A program made the translations under genes and the position numbers. A stretch of 59,311 nt of DNA, filler included, from Jimgerdemannia flammicorona (taxonomy: Eukaryota), in NCBI GenBank assembly GCA_003990765.1. It is 3 parts of 3 records of this genome, joined end to end, with 100 filler letters (N's around TTAATTAATTAA, not from the genome) between each part and the next. Parts side by side here need not be neighbours in the genome. Positions count along the whole stretch, not along the records: positions 19,810 to 39,517 come from RBNJ01001871.1; positions 39,618 to 59,311 come from RBNJ01001872.1; 1 more part is not named here. The stretch is one strand, 5' to 3'. Shown here in pieces: positions 37,740 to 52,346 of the stretch (positions are counted from its first letter, which is position 1; each line of letters begins with the position of its first letter). The notes under the pieces were generated by a model. That model saw only the letters and a program-made list of their open reading frames with translations. It had not been told where the DNA came from and searched no databases.

Positions 37740-38685
37740 GATCACTATAACTCAATCAGAGAACCACCACTATTAAGAACCTCTATATAAGCTTTAATTA
37801 GAAGAGTCAGACTCCTTACATCTTTATCAAAACACTGTCCCCTACCAGCATCACTAGTTTATCAAGCACCTCCACCATCTCTATCCTAAGCATTATCAAG
37901 AAACTCTACTTCAGAACCAGACTCAGACAGTAAAAACAAACCAGAGATAAGCTATCTTCAGAAATTCCATAATATAGATAGTGAAGATGTTGAGGAATTC
38001 TATAGAGAAATTGAAGTACAAGCAGTAGCCAAGTAGTGAGATGTCTAGAGAAAGCTCAGAATTATAGAATCACTTCTGGAAGATCCTGCTCTATAGAAGT
38101 ACAACCAAGCAAGATAAATTGGAGGAGAAATTCATATAGCAGAATAAGCCAACAATCTTTAAGCAAATGGAGATCATGCAGACAGATATAATATTTATAA
38201 GACCTGGCTCTATACTTAGTTCAATAGTCTTAAGCATTAATAAGAAGCATAAGAAGCTTTGACCTAAATGAGTCAAGCTGCCAATAAAATTCCAAAAAGC
38301 TTCTACTATTAAATTTAAGCTCAGATGATCAAAGTTAACATATAACCTACAGTCCAACTAGCCCTGGTCTCAACCACCTTCCTCAATGGAATATTCTCAG
38401 AGCTTCAAAGATAAGTTATTAGGATAGACTATTGAAGTATTGACTAACAAGTTGTTGGAGTACAAGAATGCTAGGAAGCAGACTATAGATTACTCCAGCA
38501 GACTCAAAAACATCAAAAATCAGCTCAAGTTAAAACCTCAAGGACTTATAGAATAACTCCAGAATAAGAGAATGTCTACTTAAGAGTCCAGTTGGCCAAC
38601 TATGAGATCAGACCCCTACCCTCAATCTTAACTCAGTATAGGTAATAACAGCAATATCTACTAAGAACTCAAGAAGGTCCTAACC
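37740..38685 (+). mobile_element. Possible decayed gag relic
   Basis: LQKFHNIDSEDVEEFYREIE resembles a gag capsid N-terminus (P.F.G..EDxxE[FW]); many stops. Confidence 0.4.
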
Positions 38686-38689
38686 AAAC

Positions 38690-39517
38690 AAATGAAAGAT
38701 CTGGTAGATGGAGTATACCAGATAGGCCTGCATTAATGAGGCAATGAGGGAGAGATGCAGTGAGGTCTGGCTATGTGGTAATGGGACAGATTGCTTCTGG
38801 GGAGTGTTCTGATTGCTGAGTTCAATATTGGTGATGGAGTGGAATATTAGCAAGAACTTGGCTAGGATCTTTGGCCTAGTGATTGGTAGGGAGTGGAGAT
38901 TGGAGAGGAGTGAGACTAGACAGGAGTCTGATCATGGAGTACTGAGATGTGGCAGTAGCTTCCTCCCAAGTTCTGGGTGGTGTGGTGGTAGATACTGTAG
39001 AGAAATTTTATGCTGAATTTCTGTACAGGGTATCTGGTAGATGGTGGCCAATTAGATTATAAAAAGTGTTATAATGTAAGATAAGTGGGAGGATTTGTGC
39101 AGACTCCAGAACATTGGTTAGAAGAGTGTGAGGTTCTGGGGGACTTTTGGGTAGTGGTAGGGAGCTAGCTGAGTATGGTGAGGAGACCAGATAGAGAGAG
39201 AGGTTGCTGGGAGGATTTGAAATCTCAGTTAGTGGGTGGAGTAGGTAATAGTTGGCTCACTGTAGGGTGGGTTTTAGTCATATAGGTAGGGCTGGCTGAT
39301 CATTAGCTCTTTGTTTTCAAAGAGGGGCACCAGATAGATATATAGAAGAAGTTATTGAGATGGGAGGGTTTGATGGGAGATTTGCAGACTAGGTGGTGGG
39401 TTGGTTGAGGTCTCTAGGATAGGCAACATTACTACCTGGTAGAAGGGATCTGTGCACAGAGTGGTGGATGGGTGGAGATGGTATTTGACAAAGTAGTCTT
39501 TCATTAAGAGAGAGTGG
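38690..39517 (+). mobile_element. 3' ORF2 fragment of the LINE family (copy 4), cut by the contig end
   Basis: Reverse-complement match to ~13540-14350. Confidence 0.88.
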
Positions 39518-39617
39518 NNNNNNNNNNNNNNNNNNNNNNNNNNNNNNNNNNNNNNNNNNNNTTAATTAATTAANNNNNNNNNNNNNNNNNNNNNNNNNNN
39601 NNNNNNNNNNNNNNNNN
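39518..39617. other. Assembly linker (N44-TTAATTAATTAA-N44)
   Basis: Identical to the first linker. Confidence 0.98.
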
Positions 39618-39928
39618 CTTCTTTCGTATGTACATTTTATCTTGTGCAAAGAGAATTTAGTCGATGAAGCCAGTAGTCCATCAATATTTATAAAATCACC
39701 CTTCGTATGCGCCGAGTTTACGTGGGTCTCACTACACCTCTCTCTCCTGTCCGACTCGAGCTTCGGCGCTGATGGCAGCGGTGGTGCCACCTGTGGTGGA
39801 GGTGGCAGTGGTGGCGGCTGTGGTGGCGGCTGTGGTGGAGGCGGCTGTGGTGGAGTGGTGGTGGCGCCGTTATACAAGGACAGATTTTCTGGGTTACATA
39901 TCGCAAATATCAGAGTTGTGTTTCGCAC
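39618..39928 (-). CDS. Possible partial proline-rich protein exon, cut by the contig start
   Basis: CpG-rich open frame with a PPQPPPPQPPP tract; no recognisable domain. Confidence 0.3.
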
Positions 39929-40039
39929 AACAATATACTAAAAAAGTCGTGAATCCTGGTTAATACTAATTTGTGTCACTATGATCGACCGCAAATAGGG
40001 CCGAGAAACGCGAGACTTGACAGTTTGCATTCGTCATTC

Positions 40040-40041
<2 letters not shown>

Positions 40042-40080
<39 letters not shown>

Positions 40081-43000
40081 GTCACTCAGACTTCCATTTA
40101 TTACCACTCAGTCTAAAATAATGATACATATATACCTACAGCCCCTCAGCCAATGCCCCTTGAAACCCTCTCTCTTCTCTCCATCTCTCTCTGCCAAAGG
40201 ACAACTCAATTCCCTACCACTGAAACCCTCCTGTCACTCTTCTTGCAAATACAGTTTACTAAATTCTGATAGCCCCCCCCCACCTGATCCCCACCCTCTC
40301 CACCAACCATTCCCAATATACTACCCTAGCCCCAACCTCAACCTGCTGGTCCTCCTTAAAGATATAAAGCCAATGACTGGCCAGCCCTACCCAAATTGCC
40401 AGAGTCCAACCAAAAGTCAGCCATTCATCCCCAACCCTGCCCACTAACCTTCACCAGAGATCCCTCCATCTCTCTCTCTCTCCCCCCACCAGGGGCTGCA
40501 ATCCCAGTCTACTCATAATACTATGCCAAAACTCTTCCAAAATCTCACACTCCTCTAGCCAATGTTTAGGTATTTGTACCACTTCCCCCTTCTGTCCAAT
40601 GTCCATACATTCCTTACACTCAAATATACTGTCTGCCACCAAGTGTCCTGACTGATAATTCAGCATCACATTCCACCTTAGAAATCTCCACTATACCACT
40701 CAGAACTTGGGGGGAAGCCACTATATCACCTGCTTGCTCTAAGGCCAAATATCATTCTAGTCCTACTCCTTATCAATTCCAACTCTTTACTATACTTCAG
40801 GCCACATGTCCCCCCTGAGCCCTCACATACATTCCATTCCATCACCAAGCTGAAAATTCTCCATCAATGTACCTCCCAGCAGTAGCTAGTCCCATCTCCA
40901 CATCCATGGTCCCCAGTCCTCCTCTCTCTCATCACCCCTCCACCTAAGTCCAATTCTCCTTGCACTATCTACTACTCCCTACCTACTGCATCCTCCTGCT
41001 CCCATCTATGGCCGCCATTGCAACCAAGTCACCAGTCACTCTACAAGGGAAATACCAGACTTTCTATAATCTCTACATAAGTGACACCCACTCCCAGCCC
41101 CTCAACTTGCTCACCCTCTTCAGCCACCATGCTCACAGGCAATAAAGATGCTTAGTAAAGTCCACCAATCCCAGCCCACCCCTGTCAACAGGCTGAGTGA
41201 GAACCTCTCAGCCTATCTGACTTTGCCACCTAGTCCAAATCCATGATCTTGCCATCTTCAGAAGTTGCCTGACCACCCATACTAAGAAGTCTAGATGATA
41301 TCCTACATATCACAGCTTAGGCAGCCAATACACATTCAGCACCATCACTCTTTCTGTCAAGGATATATGCCAACCACCCCACCTCAAGAGAACATTTTCC
41401 CATACAAGTAGCTGCTGTTCCCACCATACATGAGGCAGAAGGGACCCATATACTGAAAAGTATATCCCCAAGTACTGGACCAGTTCTCCTGCTGGAACCA
41501 CTGTTCCAATCATATTGCTGCCAACTATTCTGCCACCTAGCACCAGAGTCTCACATTTGTACTAGTTGAGTTGAGTACCAGAGCCCCTCTCATACCATTC
41601 CACCATCCTCTGTAATTCCTCCACATTCTCTAAAGAACTCAGTCTAACTACTATGTTATCTGCAAAAGCCCCAACCTTCTAGTTAATTCCCAAAATATCC
41701 AAACCTCCAAATCAATACTAGATTCTGTCCAACAGGGGCTCTAAGGAAAGGGCATAAAGGATGGATGACAAAGGATCCCCTTGTGGCACCCTATGATCTA
41801 GCAGAAATGTTACACCCCTATGCCCATTCATTACTAGTACTGCTTGGCTGTTCTCCAATAGACCAATTAATGACCTCCTGAACTCTGGGGGAACTCCCAC
41901 ACATTTCAGCACTCCCTCCAGCCAGACCCTCTTCACTCCATCATATGCCTTCTCCTGATCCAGGAATATTAGCCATCCATCAACCCCAGCTGCCTGAGTC
42001 CCTTCAATCATCCCATGGACCCAGGCAGTACCATCTTGGATCAACCAACCACCAACAAAACCCCTCTGCTCCTCTCCTAGAACCTGCTGAGCAATCCCCT
42101 GCAACCTAGTTACCAAGATCTTAGTCACTAGCTTTCAGTCCATGTCAAGAAGTATGATTGGTCACTAGTTCTTCCAATCTTCTCTTTTACTCTTATCCTT
42201 ATAGAGTAAGGAGACCAGCCCTAGGTGCTGGCCTCTAATCCAAGTTCCAGATCTAAGTACCTTATTATACATTGTCATCATTTCTTCCAGAACTACTACC
42301 ACTCCAGCCATCTTCTTCTAAAAATCCCAGGGCAGCCCATCCTTATCTAGAGCTGTCCCCTTACTTGTTGAAGCCAAGACCTTGCACACTTCTTCTCCTT
42401 GCACCAGATCTCCCAGCATCTCCAGGCCCAGTGCTGGGTTTGGATGCCAATCCTCCAACTGCCACTCAATATTTAGAGCATTCTCACCCCCCTCTTCTTC
42501 ACTCTATAAGTTTCTCTAGTGAGTCCTCAGCAGGTCCAAAATCATAGAAGTCCCTGCCACCATCTCTCCATCTTTATCCAAGATACCATCCCACCACTGT
42601 TTAGTTCTCTGCACTTAGAGCAATCACAATAGAAACTGAGTGGGCCTCTCCCTCTCCTCCAATCCCTATCACTGCAACCTCACCACCATTCCCTTTAGCT
42701 TAACCTTCTCCTCCATTCATAGTACTTCTATTAGCTCATCTACTTTCTTTTATATCTGCAGAATTCATCAATCGACCACCTCTCTATCCTCTAATGACCC
42801 CACCTATCTCCCCAGGAGTGCCACCAATCTCTGTAAAGCCCATTGCACTTGCTGCTACTACTGAGCACTCTTTCCTTTCCTGGCCTCCCTCCAGTATCTC
42901 TGAGCACTCAATTTCAGCCTCTGCCAGTGATCTCCAATCACCAGTCTCTGCTTCTACCACCTACCAATCCTCTCAATAGCTTCTACCTTCCAGTCTGTCC

Positions 43001-45785
43001 ATAAAGGACTATCCTCCAACAAAGAAGAATTTAATCACCAATGTCAAGGCCCATTCCCACTTCCCCCAAATCTCCCCCTCTCTATCAGACCCCAGTGATC
43101 TGACCATAGGCACCAAACCACCTCTAGTGTATCCCAGACATTTACTCCCCAGCACTCTGCCATTAACACCCAATTAATCCTAAAGCCCAGCCCTACCACC
43201 CAGTGAGTATAAATTCAGCAATCCTCCCAGAACTGTTGCCCTGAGTCAACCAAAGAACTCAATCTCTCAATCTCTATCCTATTATCCAACCTGCCACTTC
43301 TGCTCCTCATTCCTCTCCTGCTATCAGTCCTGTCCACCACACTATTATACACTATGTTGAAATCACTCTCCAGACAATCAATCTCTGCCTCACCCATTAC
43401 ACCAGCCTCTCTCAAGTCTGTGATCCAATCTATGTATTCTCCCCTCTCAGCCAGGCAATAATATGACCCAACAGTCAAAGGGTTCTATCCAGATCTCTTC
43501 TATACTCCCCACACCAACCTACTCCCCTAATGTCCAATATCTCCAATGTCCCCCATCCCCTTTCTAACCAGAATATCCACAGCTGCCCCACCCCATTCTC
43601 TAGTCCAATCCTGTAAGTCCATGTCTATCTCATATCATATATCCTATAATAAGAAGAGATCTGTATCCAGTTCCTTTAACCAACCAAAGATATTCCTTCA
43701 CTATATCACTCCTCTCAACCCATTTACATTCAAAGAGAAGATTATAGTTATACTATTTATATTGAATAATAGTTGATATTGAGAGCCCAGCCTAGTATTC
43801 CATACTTATCTTATTACTAGCCAGATCCAAGTACTACTCTGCTTCCAAATCATCCTCTCTTACAGTCTGAGCATCCAGTGCTTCCAAGATTTTCTGATAC
43901 TCCACCCCATTAACCACCTCTATTTCTGTCCAATAATACATGCACACTACTCTCCACTTCTCCAACCCCTTCCTCAAACCCCACAAGTATGCTGCCCAAT
44001 CATTCACAATTACTTGAAGTTCCTCCTCCCTCTTATCATCCATCTGATATTTATCTGATTCCAAGAGTACTGCCAGGATCTCATTACTAACCTTTCTCAG
44101 CACCTTCTCACCTCAAAGAATTTCCACTCAGTGCCTATTGTCCATAACCCAGAAGTTCTCTCCCCCCAGCTCCTCAGCCACCACCCCCTCCAGAGTCTTC
44201 TACAGCCACTTCTTCTTGTCTACCACCTCTGCAATGCTCTGGGTGACCCCTTTGACCCCCACCACAGGGTCCACCAAAGTACTCCTCCTCACTGACTCAT
44301 CCTACTCCTCCTCCAGTATATCCTGTAGTTACTCCTCACTATCTGCCCCACATGGGACCTCATACTGAGAGTATACTTCCTCATCCATTTTAGCATCCTC
44401 CATCATACCACTCTGTCCCTCTTCACTCAATCTACCTTGGGCTGCACCTTGGGCCATTCTGTACTCCCCAGCCCAGGTACTCTTGCTCAATTCTGCACCA
44501 CCTTCTCCTGCACCACTGCCTGCCCTACTACCTCTCAACTTCTCTAGCAGCTCTTTCTGGATATGCCTTCTCTGCACCTTCTCCCAGACCACTCAGTCCA
44601 TCTTGATCCTCTTTCCATCTATGATCTCCACTACTGTCTTGGCTTCATACTTCTTTCAAGCCAATCTTCTCCTCTCTCCTGCTCCTGCCAGATCCTCCAG
44701 AGCCTCCAGCAAGTCTTCCTTTTCCTCTGTTATCCCTTTCACCCAGAAGATCTTACATTCAACTGGTCTCCACTTAAGAGTCACTGGCCAGTCCCTCATC
44801 TTTCTCATATTCTCCTTTCCAGCCAGCCTTACCTAGACATTGACATCTCCTGTCCAGAGTTCAGTACCCTCCCAGACTCAGAACCTGATATCCACAATCT
44901 CCCCATACCCCTTGACCTCCTCCACAATCAGTTCTCTGGTCCTCTCCCTTGACACTATGGGAAAATCCAATACCATCAACTATACTACTCAGGGGTCCCA
45001 GCACATGTACCTTACCATAGGAATCACCACTCTGCCCACCACTACTCCTTTCTCTACTGCCTCCAACAATGGCGCCTTTTCCTCAAATCCAACCTCAACC
45101 CCTTCCTTCCCCTTCAAGAACTTCACCAAAGCTGCCCCCTTTACCTTCTGTGCCATCAGCCCCAAAATTGTCCTTGCAGTCACTGCCAAGTCTCAGAAGT
45201 ACAATGTGATGGCAAATTCTGACTTTGACTTTTTGAGTAATAATACTGATACCATGCCCATCACACTATCTGCCAGGTCTCCAGGCCTTGTGCCCTCTCT
45301 CTGTCCTGATCTGCCAACAACCATCACATCTGGATTTTTTTCCAGATCTCCAGTCACAGCTCCATCAACAGTCACATCCTCAGCCCCTACCCCCCCTCCC
45401 CCCCTACTACCTAACCCACTCATGGGGGCCCCATCCTATCCCCCAGTTGAAGCCAATGATACCTTTCCCAGTTTCAATCAACTATCCAGACCAGATGCCA
45501 TTCTCCCCATCTTGACCTTATCAGCAAAGGTCATCCTCCTCTCTCCTTGTTGCCTCAATCCACCCCTCTCTCTACCTCCAGTACTGCAGCCCACTATAGA
45601 AGGCTCTGGAATCTTCAAACTATCTTCTCACCTCCTCCTGACATACTGCCAGTCAAAGGCACTGCTGCCTTCCTGACTGACATGCTCACTAGTATGCTTA
45701 TTTTTGTCTATATTGCTAGTCTACTTTCACCAAAATGTTGCAGAAAGTATTGTCTGAGTCTTGTGTCACCTGAATGTTACTGGTG
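40042..45785 (-). mobile_element. Near full-length L1/Tx1-like LINE, decayed (copy 5)
   Basis: 36-nt poly(A) tail (T 40042-40077) after AATAAATGGAAGTCTGAGTGACTAT. RT LDQEKAYD..VPQGDPLS..AFAD, APE and ORF1 present. The 5' 32-mer CTGAGTCTTGTGTCACCTGAATGTTACTGGTG is identical to copy 1. Confidence 0.92.
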
Positions 45786-45789
45786 AAAG

Positions 45790-46955
45790 GTGTGTCTGTT
45801 CAACATGATAGATTCTTGAGCCTTATGATAGGTCTCATTTCTTATATACTTTTCAATAAGCCAGTGGGTCATGGTTTCATACTCTACTAGTCAGATTGGT
45901 GCTGCATTGATGACTACTCTAAGGTCTGAATATATATTGTTTCTTACTTGGGTAAAAATTCCCTTGACTGGTTCTCTGAGTTAGATCTTATAGATAGCAA
46001 CTTTTCTTTCAGAAGAGAGGTTCTTCAGAGCTATAGTTCTTTCAATTCCATCAAGAAATTCTCTTGGGTCTTCTTCTGGATATTCTGTGAAAGTTGGCAA
46101 TAGGGTGGCTATTTTATCATTACTATCTTCTGATTCTAATTCTGGTTCTGATTCTGATACTGATTTTAATTCTGGCTCTGATTCTGATTCTAGTTCTAAT
46201 TCTGATTCTGGTTCTAATTCTGATTCTAGTTCTAGTTCTGATTCTGATTCTGGTTCTGATTCTGATTCTAGTTCTGATTCTGATTCTGATTCTGGTTTAC
46301 TTTTTGAATTATTACTAGAATTTGAAACACTTGGATATTCTGAGGATAGTACATATTATAGATCTTGGGTGAGATGTGATGAGTCTGGGTATTCTTGAAG
46401 AGACTACTCATAGTTCTGTAATAGCTAGTGATAGAGGTTCAATAGACAAAATTGATAGAACTTTTAGAGAAAATTGGGCTTATGTAATGAGGCCTTCTAG
46501 TTGTTATACAAGCTCATCAAAGACTCTGACAGGACTGTCTATATAATCTGATTGATCTGGTTGATCTGATAGTAAGTCTGTTGATACTGGTTGAGAATTC
46601 TGTACTATGCTGACTTCTGGTTGGAATCCTTCTAATAGTAGATAATTGGTAAGTCTTGAGATAATTACTTCTCTTCCTATCCAAATACTAGTGATAACTG
46701 ATTCTCCTATAGTGGCAGAGATTGGTGTTGTATCAAATATATCTAGTTTGACTATAGATTCTTATAAGTTGAGACATTACATTAATTTTGAAATTTTTCA
46801 GTTGAGAGTTTCTTTTATAGATTTCGAAAATCTTCTCAGTTAAGCTTCCAAATATAATATACCTTGCTCAATGGAGATAAATTACAAGGTTGGAAGTTGA
46901 TATAGTTTGGCTTGAGCCCTTAGTTACTTTGTTAAAAAGCAATAAAATATTCCTT
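45790..46955 (-). mobile_element. Decayed LTR element 5' end: LTR end, PBS and gag with (GAATCA)n tract
   Basis: LPTFTEYPEEDPREFLDGIE gag start. 46854-46955 matches the reverse complement of the solo-LTR end 53570-53677. TGGAAGCTTAACTGAGA resembles a decayed tRNA-Pro PBS. Confidence 0.65.
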
Positions 46956-47439
46956 AATTCCTAAAGTTCTTAATATCTAATGATATAATAGTCAAATTTA
47001 GATATAGTAGTCAATTTGTATATCAATTTCCTTATTAAGATAGTTTTTAGATATAGTAGCAATTTTGTATAATAGTGGTATAGTACAATGATCTCTATAT
47101 AGGCTGCTAAGTTCAAGTGAAGAAATTTGCTGCTATTTTTAAGTAATCTGCTATTTAATGAAAAGCTGCTATTTTCAAAAAACCTATCTATACAAAGCTA
47201 GTCTAGAATAAGATACACCTTTATAGTAAACTACATAGTTTGTATAAATAAAGTAGTCTTTGATATAACTTTACTTAAGAGACTTCTTTTGCTCAAACCA
47301 CTTGGAGTAAGCTAAGCTATAGAGATATCTTTTTATGAAAAGTAATATATTTTAAAGTTTTCACTTTGCCTACATTAGTGTGCTAGATGCAGTGGGTATC
47401 TGGCAATAATATATAATAAGTTTTGTTGAAATCCATCAA

Positions 47440-50400
47440 GTTTTAGTACTATAGTGAGCTAAGGTTCATTAAGCTCTGAGCAGTTGAAGAGAAGGAGGCC
47501 TGGTCTAAGAGTTTTGCTACAACTACTGGAGCTAGAGAGGTAGGGAGGCAGGCTGGTGGTCAGGGGCAGATAACTGGAGTAGATGGCTTAGTGAGAGACA
47601 GGAGAGTTGCTTCTAGGTCTATAGTGGAAGAACAGGGGGAGCATAGTGTTGATAGGGAGAGAAGTCAGTTAGCTGATCAGCTGACTGGTCAGGTGTCCAT
47701 CAGGGGTCAGGGTCTGGTAGTGGGACTACTGAGATTGGTTTTCCTGAGGCTAGAATAGTGGCTAAGGGTGTGGCTACTGATAGAGCAAGGATATTAAGTG
47801 AGGTATTGGCTGGAGGTTCTGAGAATTAGAGAAGGACAACTCTGGATACAAGGACTGATAAGCTGGTAGTACATTTATTCTTTTATAAATCAGTATCAAT
47901 ATGGGTGGTCTCAGCCAATTTCTTGAGTCTTGAACTATCAGCTAGAGAAGTTCTATGATTGGTAAGATCATTGGAGTAGAGTTACTAAGATGTGAAAGCT
48001 ATTGAGGTTGGATTTATTGAGGAAGAGGTGATAGTGAAGACTCTAGAGAAGGGGCTAATAGTTAAGAATATCAAGATGTGGATGGCAAGGTGTCAGAGGT
48101 GAGACATATATGTGATTGAAGAATTACTGATACTAAGCAAACAGGAGACTAAGACAGTGGTGACCAAAGCCCTAGAGAGTTATAGTGAGATGGTGGATTT
48201 CAGCTTCATGTTCTGAGAAGGCATGAAGTTGAGGAATAGTAACTGTAAGGTGATGGTATAGTTGAAAGGAAAGGAGGTGACTGAGTTGGGGTGAGACTGG
48301 TCTGAGATTATTTGTATTAGAGAGTAGAAATATTAGGTTTAGAGGAGAAAAGATTCTGAACAGGAAAAGGAAGAGTTGTTGATTACCCTAGAGGAGTATG
48401 ATGAAGTGAAGGCCTTGTAGAAGAGAAAGTGGGAGGAGTTTAGCAAGAATTGGATCTGGATTCAGGCTGATAGAAAGAGGTAGTAATAGTATAAGGAGAA
48501 TTGGGAATATTTGCAGATAGTATTATAGGGGTCTGTAGAGGAGAAAGCTGCAAGGATTGCAATTGATAGGAATCAAATGAAAGGGATAGAGGCAGCTGAA
48601 GTATCCTTCTCATAACTGAGATGTATGGAAGATTTCATACATATACTAGTGAAGGGGAAGTGGGCTGATGGAGAGAAGATGAGGGGGACTGGTTTTGAGA
48701 ATGAAGTCAAGGTAGTCCCAGAGACTCAGATAGAGGATATATATATAGCTGAGACTGTAAATATATACTGAGAATACTCTGAGACTAGTGAGATAGTATA
48801 GCTGGACAAAGTCTCTGAGGAGGATGATTTGGTAGAGATTGCTTCTAATGTGTCAGCATATAGAGAATTGCTTCAGGAGCTATGTAGGATCTCTAGATCT
48901 ACTACTCCAGGGTCTTTGATAATAGTAACAGATGGTTGGTTCCAGGCTATACTTGAGGAGCTTACTGAGAAAGACATTAAGGAAGTTGATATGTTTCAAG
49001 GATCTCCAGAGATATGGGTGAGATTTTTTAATATATATAGCAATATAGGAGCTGAAGTTGGTAACAGTCATAGTGGCAGCCCTTCTGGAGGATGAAGAGT
49101 ATAAGATAGATGATACCAGGATGGATATCAAGAAGGTAGCATCAGAGTGAGTGGACTTTTTTTATAGCAGTATCAATAGAGAGCATATCTAGAGAGCAGT
49201 ATATATATGAGGAATATTGAGACATTATCAAGAATAGGGCTGAGAAGATAGTAGTAGTGGCAGCTGATCTTTAAATTCTTCATTTATAATAAAGGACAAT
49301 CTATGAATTTTATTGATCAATATCAATGGTATATGAGATGAGGTCTAGTAGTAGTACCTTTTCTAATAACTGAAGATTAGAAAGTATAATATGGTATTTC
49401 TTTAGGATATTTAGATATATAATAAACAAAACTATGAGATATAGAGTAAGGAATGATTTGGTAGTGCTGGTTGGAATAGTTATGTAAGTTGGCATTCTAG
49501 TTGGTGTTGGAAAGGATGAGCTAGTGGACATAGAAATCTTTAGTAGTTGTCTAGTGTAGAGAAAGCTGAAGGGAGAGATCAGGGATGGACTTTTGGTGAA
49601 CTCTATATATCTACCAGTAGTTGGCAAAGAGTGAAAGCAATGGGTGGAGAAGTGGTTTGCTTGAGAGAGATAGGTAGCTATGGGGTTGGACATTTTGAGT
49701 GAGAATTTTAATATAGTATAAGATTAGGTTCTGGATCAGTCTGATAGTGGGGCTGGGGCAACTGTCTCCTAGAGACTATCCTAGTGACTTCAGGTAGAGA
49801 AAGGTATGGGTCTTTGTAGATAATATAGTAGTAGGGTTAGATAGTGTTGAGAATGTAGACATTTTGTAAGAAAGAATTAGACAAAATAAGAGGCTGATAG
49901 GAGTAAAGTTGAATTGGAAAAAGTGAGACTTTGGAGCTTAGTGCTGGTTTTGGGGCCAAGAGTGGGTTTGGATGAATTGTATCTATTAGAGAGACTGTCA
50001 GATATTTGGGTATTTGGTTCTTGGTATTTAGAACAGTTCTGCTAAGTAAGTAGTAGTGTGGGATAGTATAGAAATAAGAAGATATATTGATGGGCTGGCC
50101 TAGACATAACTTCTCCCTAGTGAGAAGAGTGGTGGTTTTGAATATATACTAGTTGCTGAAGCTGTAGTATCTGGATTACTATTTGGACTTTTCTGAGTGG
50201 GTGGTGTGGTAGCTGAAAAAGGCTATTGAAGGGTGGCTTTGATAAGAGAGGTGGCCACAGATTAGATGGGAGTCATTAGTGCTACTGATTGCCAATAGGG
50301 ACCTGGAGCTAATGGACTTTTGGTAGTAACTGAAGACTCTTAGATATTGGTGAGGACACTGCCTTGTGGAGCTAGAAGAGAGAGGTTGGAGCAGATTAGT

Positions 50401-51470
50401 GATGGACAATTGGGAGATTAGGTTCTGTCCTAGAGATGAGGAGTGGAAGGATATGTGAGGGTTGCTCCAGATTGGAACAGTTGGCAGAATATAGTACAAA
50501 GAGTTCTAGTGGAGTATTGTGGAGGCCTGGCTAACTATAGGATTGGTAGAGTCTGAGATAGTGGAGAATGTTGACTCTAAGCAATAGTGATAAAGACTGG
50601 AGCTACTCAGAGTAGGTGATAGGATATTGAATAAATATTTATTAGTTGAGGCTATAGAATGGGCTAGGACAGGACTGCTTGAGAGGTAGTCAGTTAATTG
50701 ATAGATAGCTGAAATTGGGAAGATATAGAAGTAGAATAAGGTCTAGAGTTGGGTAGCTATATTATATCAAGTAGTACTCTTTAGATATTAGATAGTATGG
50801 TGACAGTTTTTGAGGAGAAATGTGATGTTGAACTATTGGACAGATTGGATAGAGATAGATAGCTGTTGGGATTGTGGATAGTATACTGAAATATCTGAAA
50901 AAGTGGTTCAGACTCTGGGATATATCTTAGTGGCCTGTTCTGGGATAAAAGGTTATTGGTGGATTTTAGAAGAGTACTGGGACTCTGAGAGAGAGAGATC
51001 TGGAGACTCTATCAGTGTGGTCATCCAGAGGAGGCTATTGGGGGAAGTCAGTAATATCTAGAGTAGTGTTGGACAGATCTTAGGGATGTGGGTCCTAATG
51101 GCCTCACACTAACAGTGAGTCTTCAAGAGTGAATATTGGATGGGAATTGAGAAGTTAGTGGAGCAGTGATATTGGCTTCTATAGGAGATGGTATAAGGGT
51201 GATAGTATTAGAGGAGGCAGCAGGAGCTGGAAGTGGTGAAGAAGGTACAGAATATTATCTTAGAGAGTAGGAGTCAGTTGGTACTAAGTAATGGAGAAGT
51301 ATAGTAGAAAGCTGATATTAGTTGATAGGTTCTTTAGAGAGACTTGGTTGATTTTCTTTCAAGTGCAAGTGTTGGTGATCAATGGGTCCTGTAATTTGTA
51401 TATTATTTTTATAGATATATTTTGATAATAAAGGAGTCCAAGTAACCATAAAATAATAATAATAATAATT
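47440..51470 (+). mobile_element. Strongly decayed, internally deleted LINE of a related family (copy 6)
   Basis: ORF1- and ORF2-like remnants; 3' end AATAAAGGAGTCCAAGTAACCAT plus an A/(TAA)n tail at ~51427-51468. Confidence 0.75.
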
Positions 51471-51486
51471 TTATTAAGAGAAGTTA

Positions 51487-51765
51487 AGAGCTCCCAAACA
51501 AATCAAATCAAATTGGAAATTTTTTAATTCAAATCAAATTGAGGGACCAATTTGAACTCTATTTTTCAAAATATAATAACTTAATGAAAATATATTCAAA
51601 TTTAACAAGCTAAAGATTATTAAATTTAAACATATCTTTATTGAGTTATTATATTTTAAAAAATAGAGTTCAAATTGAATCTTAAATCAAATTAGACCTT
51701 TGATTTGATGAAATTAAATTAAATTTGGATCAAATTCAATTCAATTTAATTCATTGTGAGTACTA
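51487..51765. mobile_element. Palindromic MITE
   Basis: GAGCTC..GAGTACTA termini; internal TTTGAACTCTATTTT / AAAATAGAGTTCAAA inverted pair. Confidence 0.7.
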
Positions 51766-52346
51766 GAGAAGACTAGAGAAGTCTGCTATTTTTGAGAAGC
51801 TCACTAATTTAGAAAGAATAAATATTATCTGAGTTATATATCTATCTCAAGAAGTCCATTAAGCTGATTTGGTCTCAGTTGCTGAAAATATCAAAATCTG
51901 TCTACTTTATACAAATAGAAGTATAGCTCCATTCAAACAAGAGAAGCTGAATAGGAAACAAGATGATTTTTAATACTAAACACTAATAAGAATATTAAAA
52001 TTATTAAATATTTTATTACTTTTGACAAAGTAACTAAGGGCTCAATTTAAATTACACAGCTTTATATCTTTATAATTTACCTTCATTGAGCTGACATATA
52101 TTATAATACTGTAATCAAATATCTATCTTCTAATTCTTATTTTTAATTTGAATCAACTATAATACTAGATAAGATAGATTTAGTATTCTTAAATTTTATA
52201 GTAACTTAGTTATTTTTAATATAGTTTATAATATTAACCTAAAGTCAATTGTAGTCTTTTATAGATAAGTAGTCAATATCTTAAGAAGCTTCTCTTCCAA
52301 AATAAATAATAATCTAAAATATATATATATGTATATATAAGAATAT

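Noticed and set aside
46087..46398. SD-repeat adhesin-like ORF
   Set aside because: Antisense reading of a (GAATCA)n tract within a decayed gag
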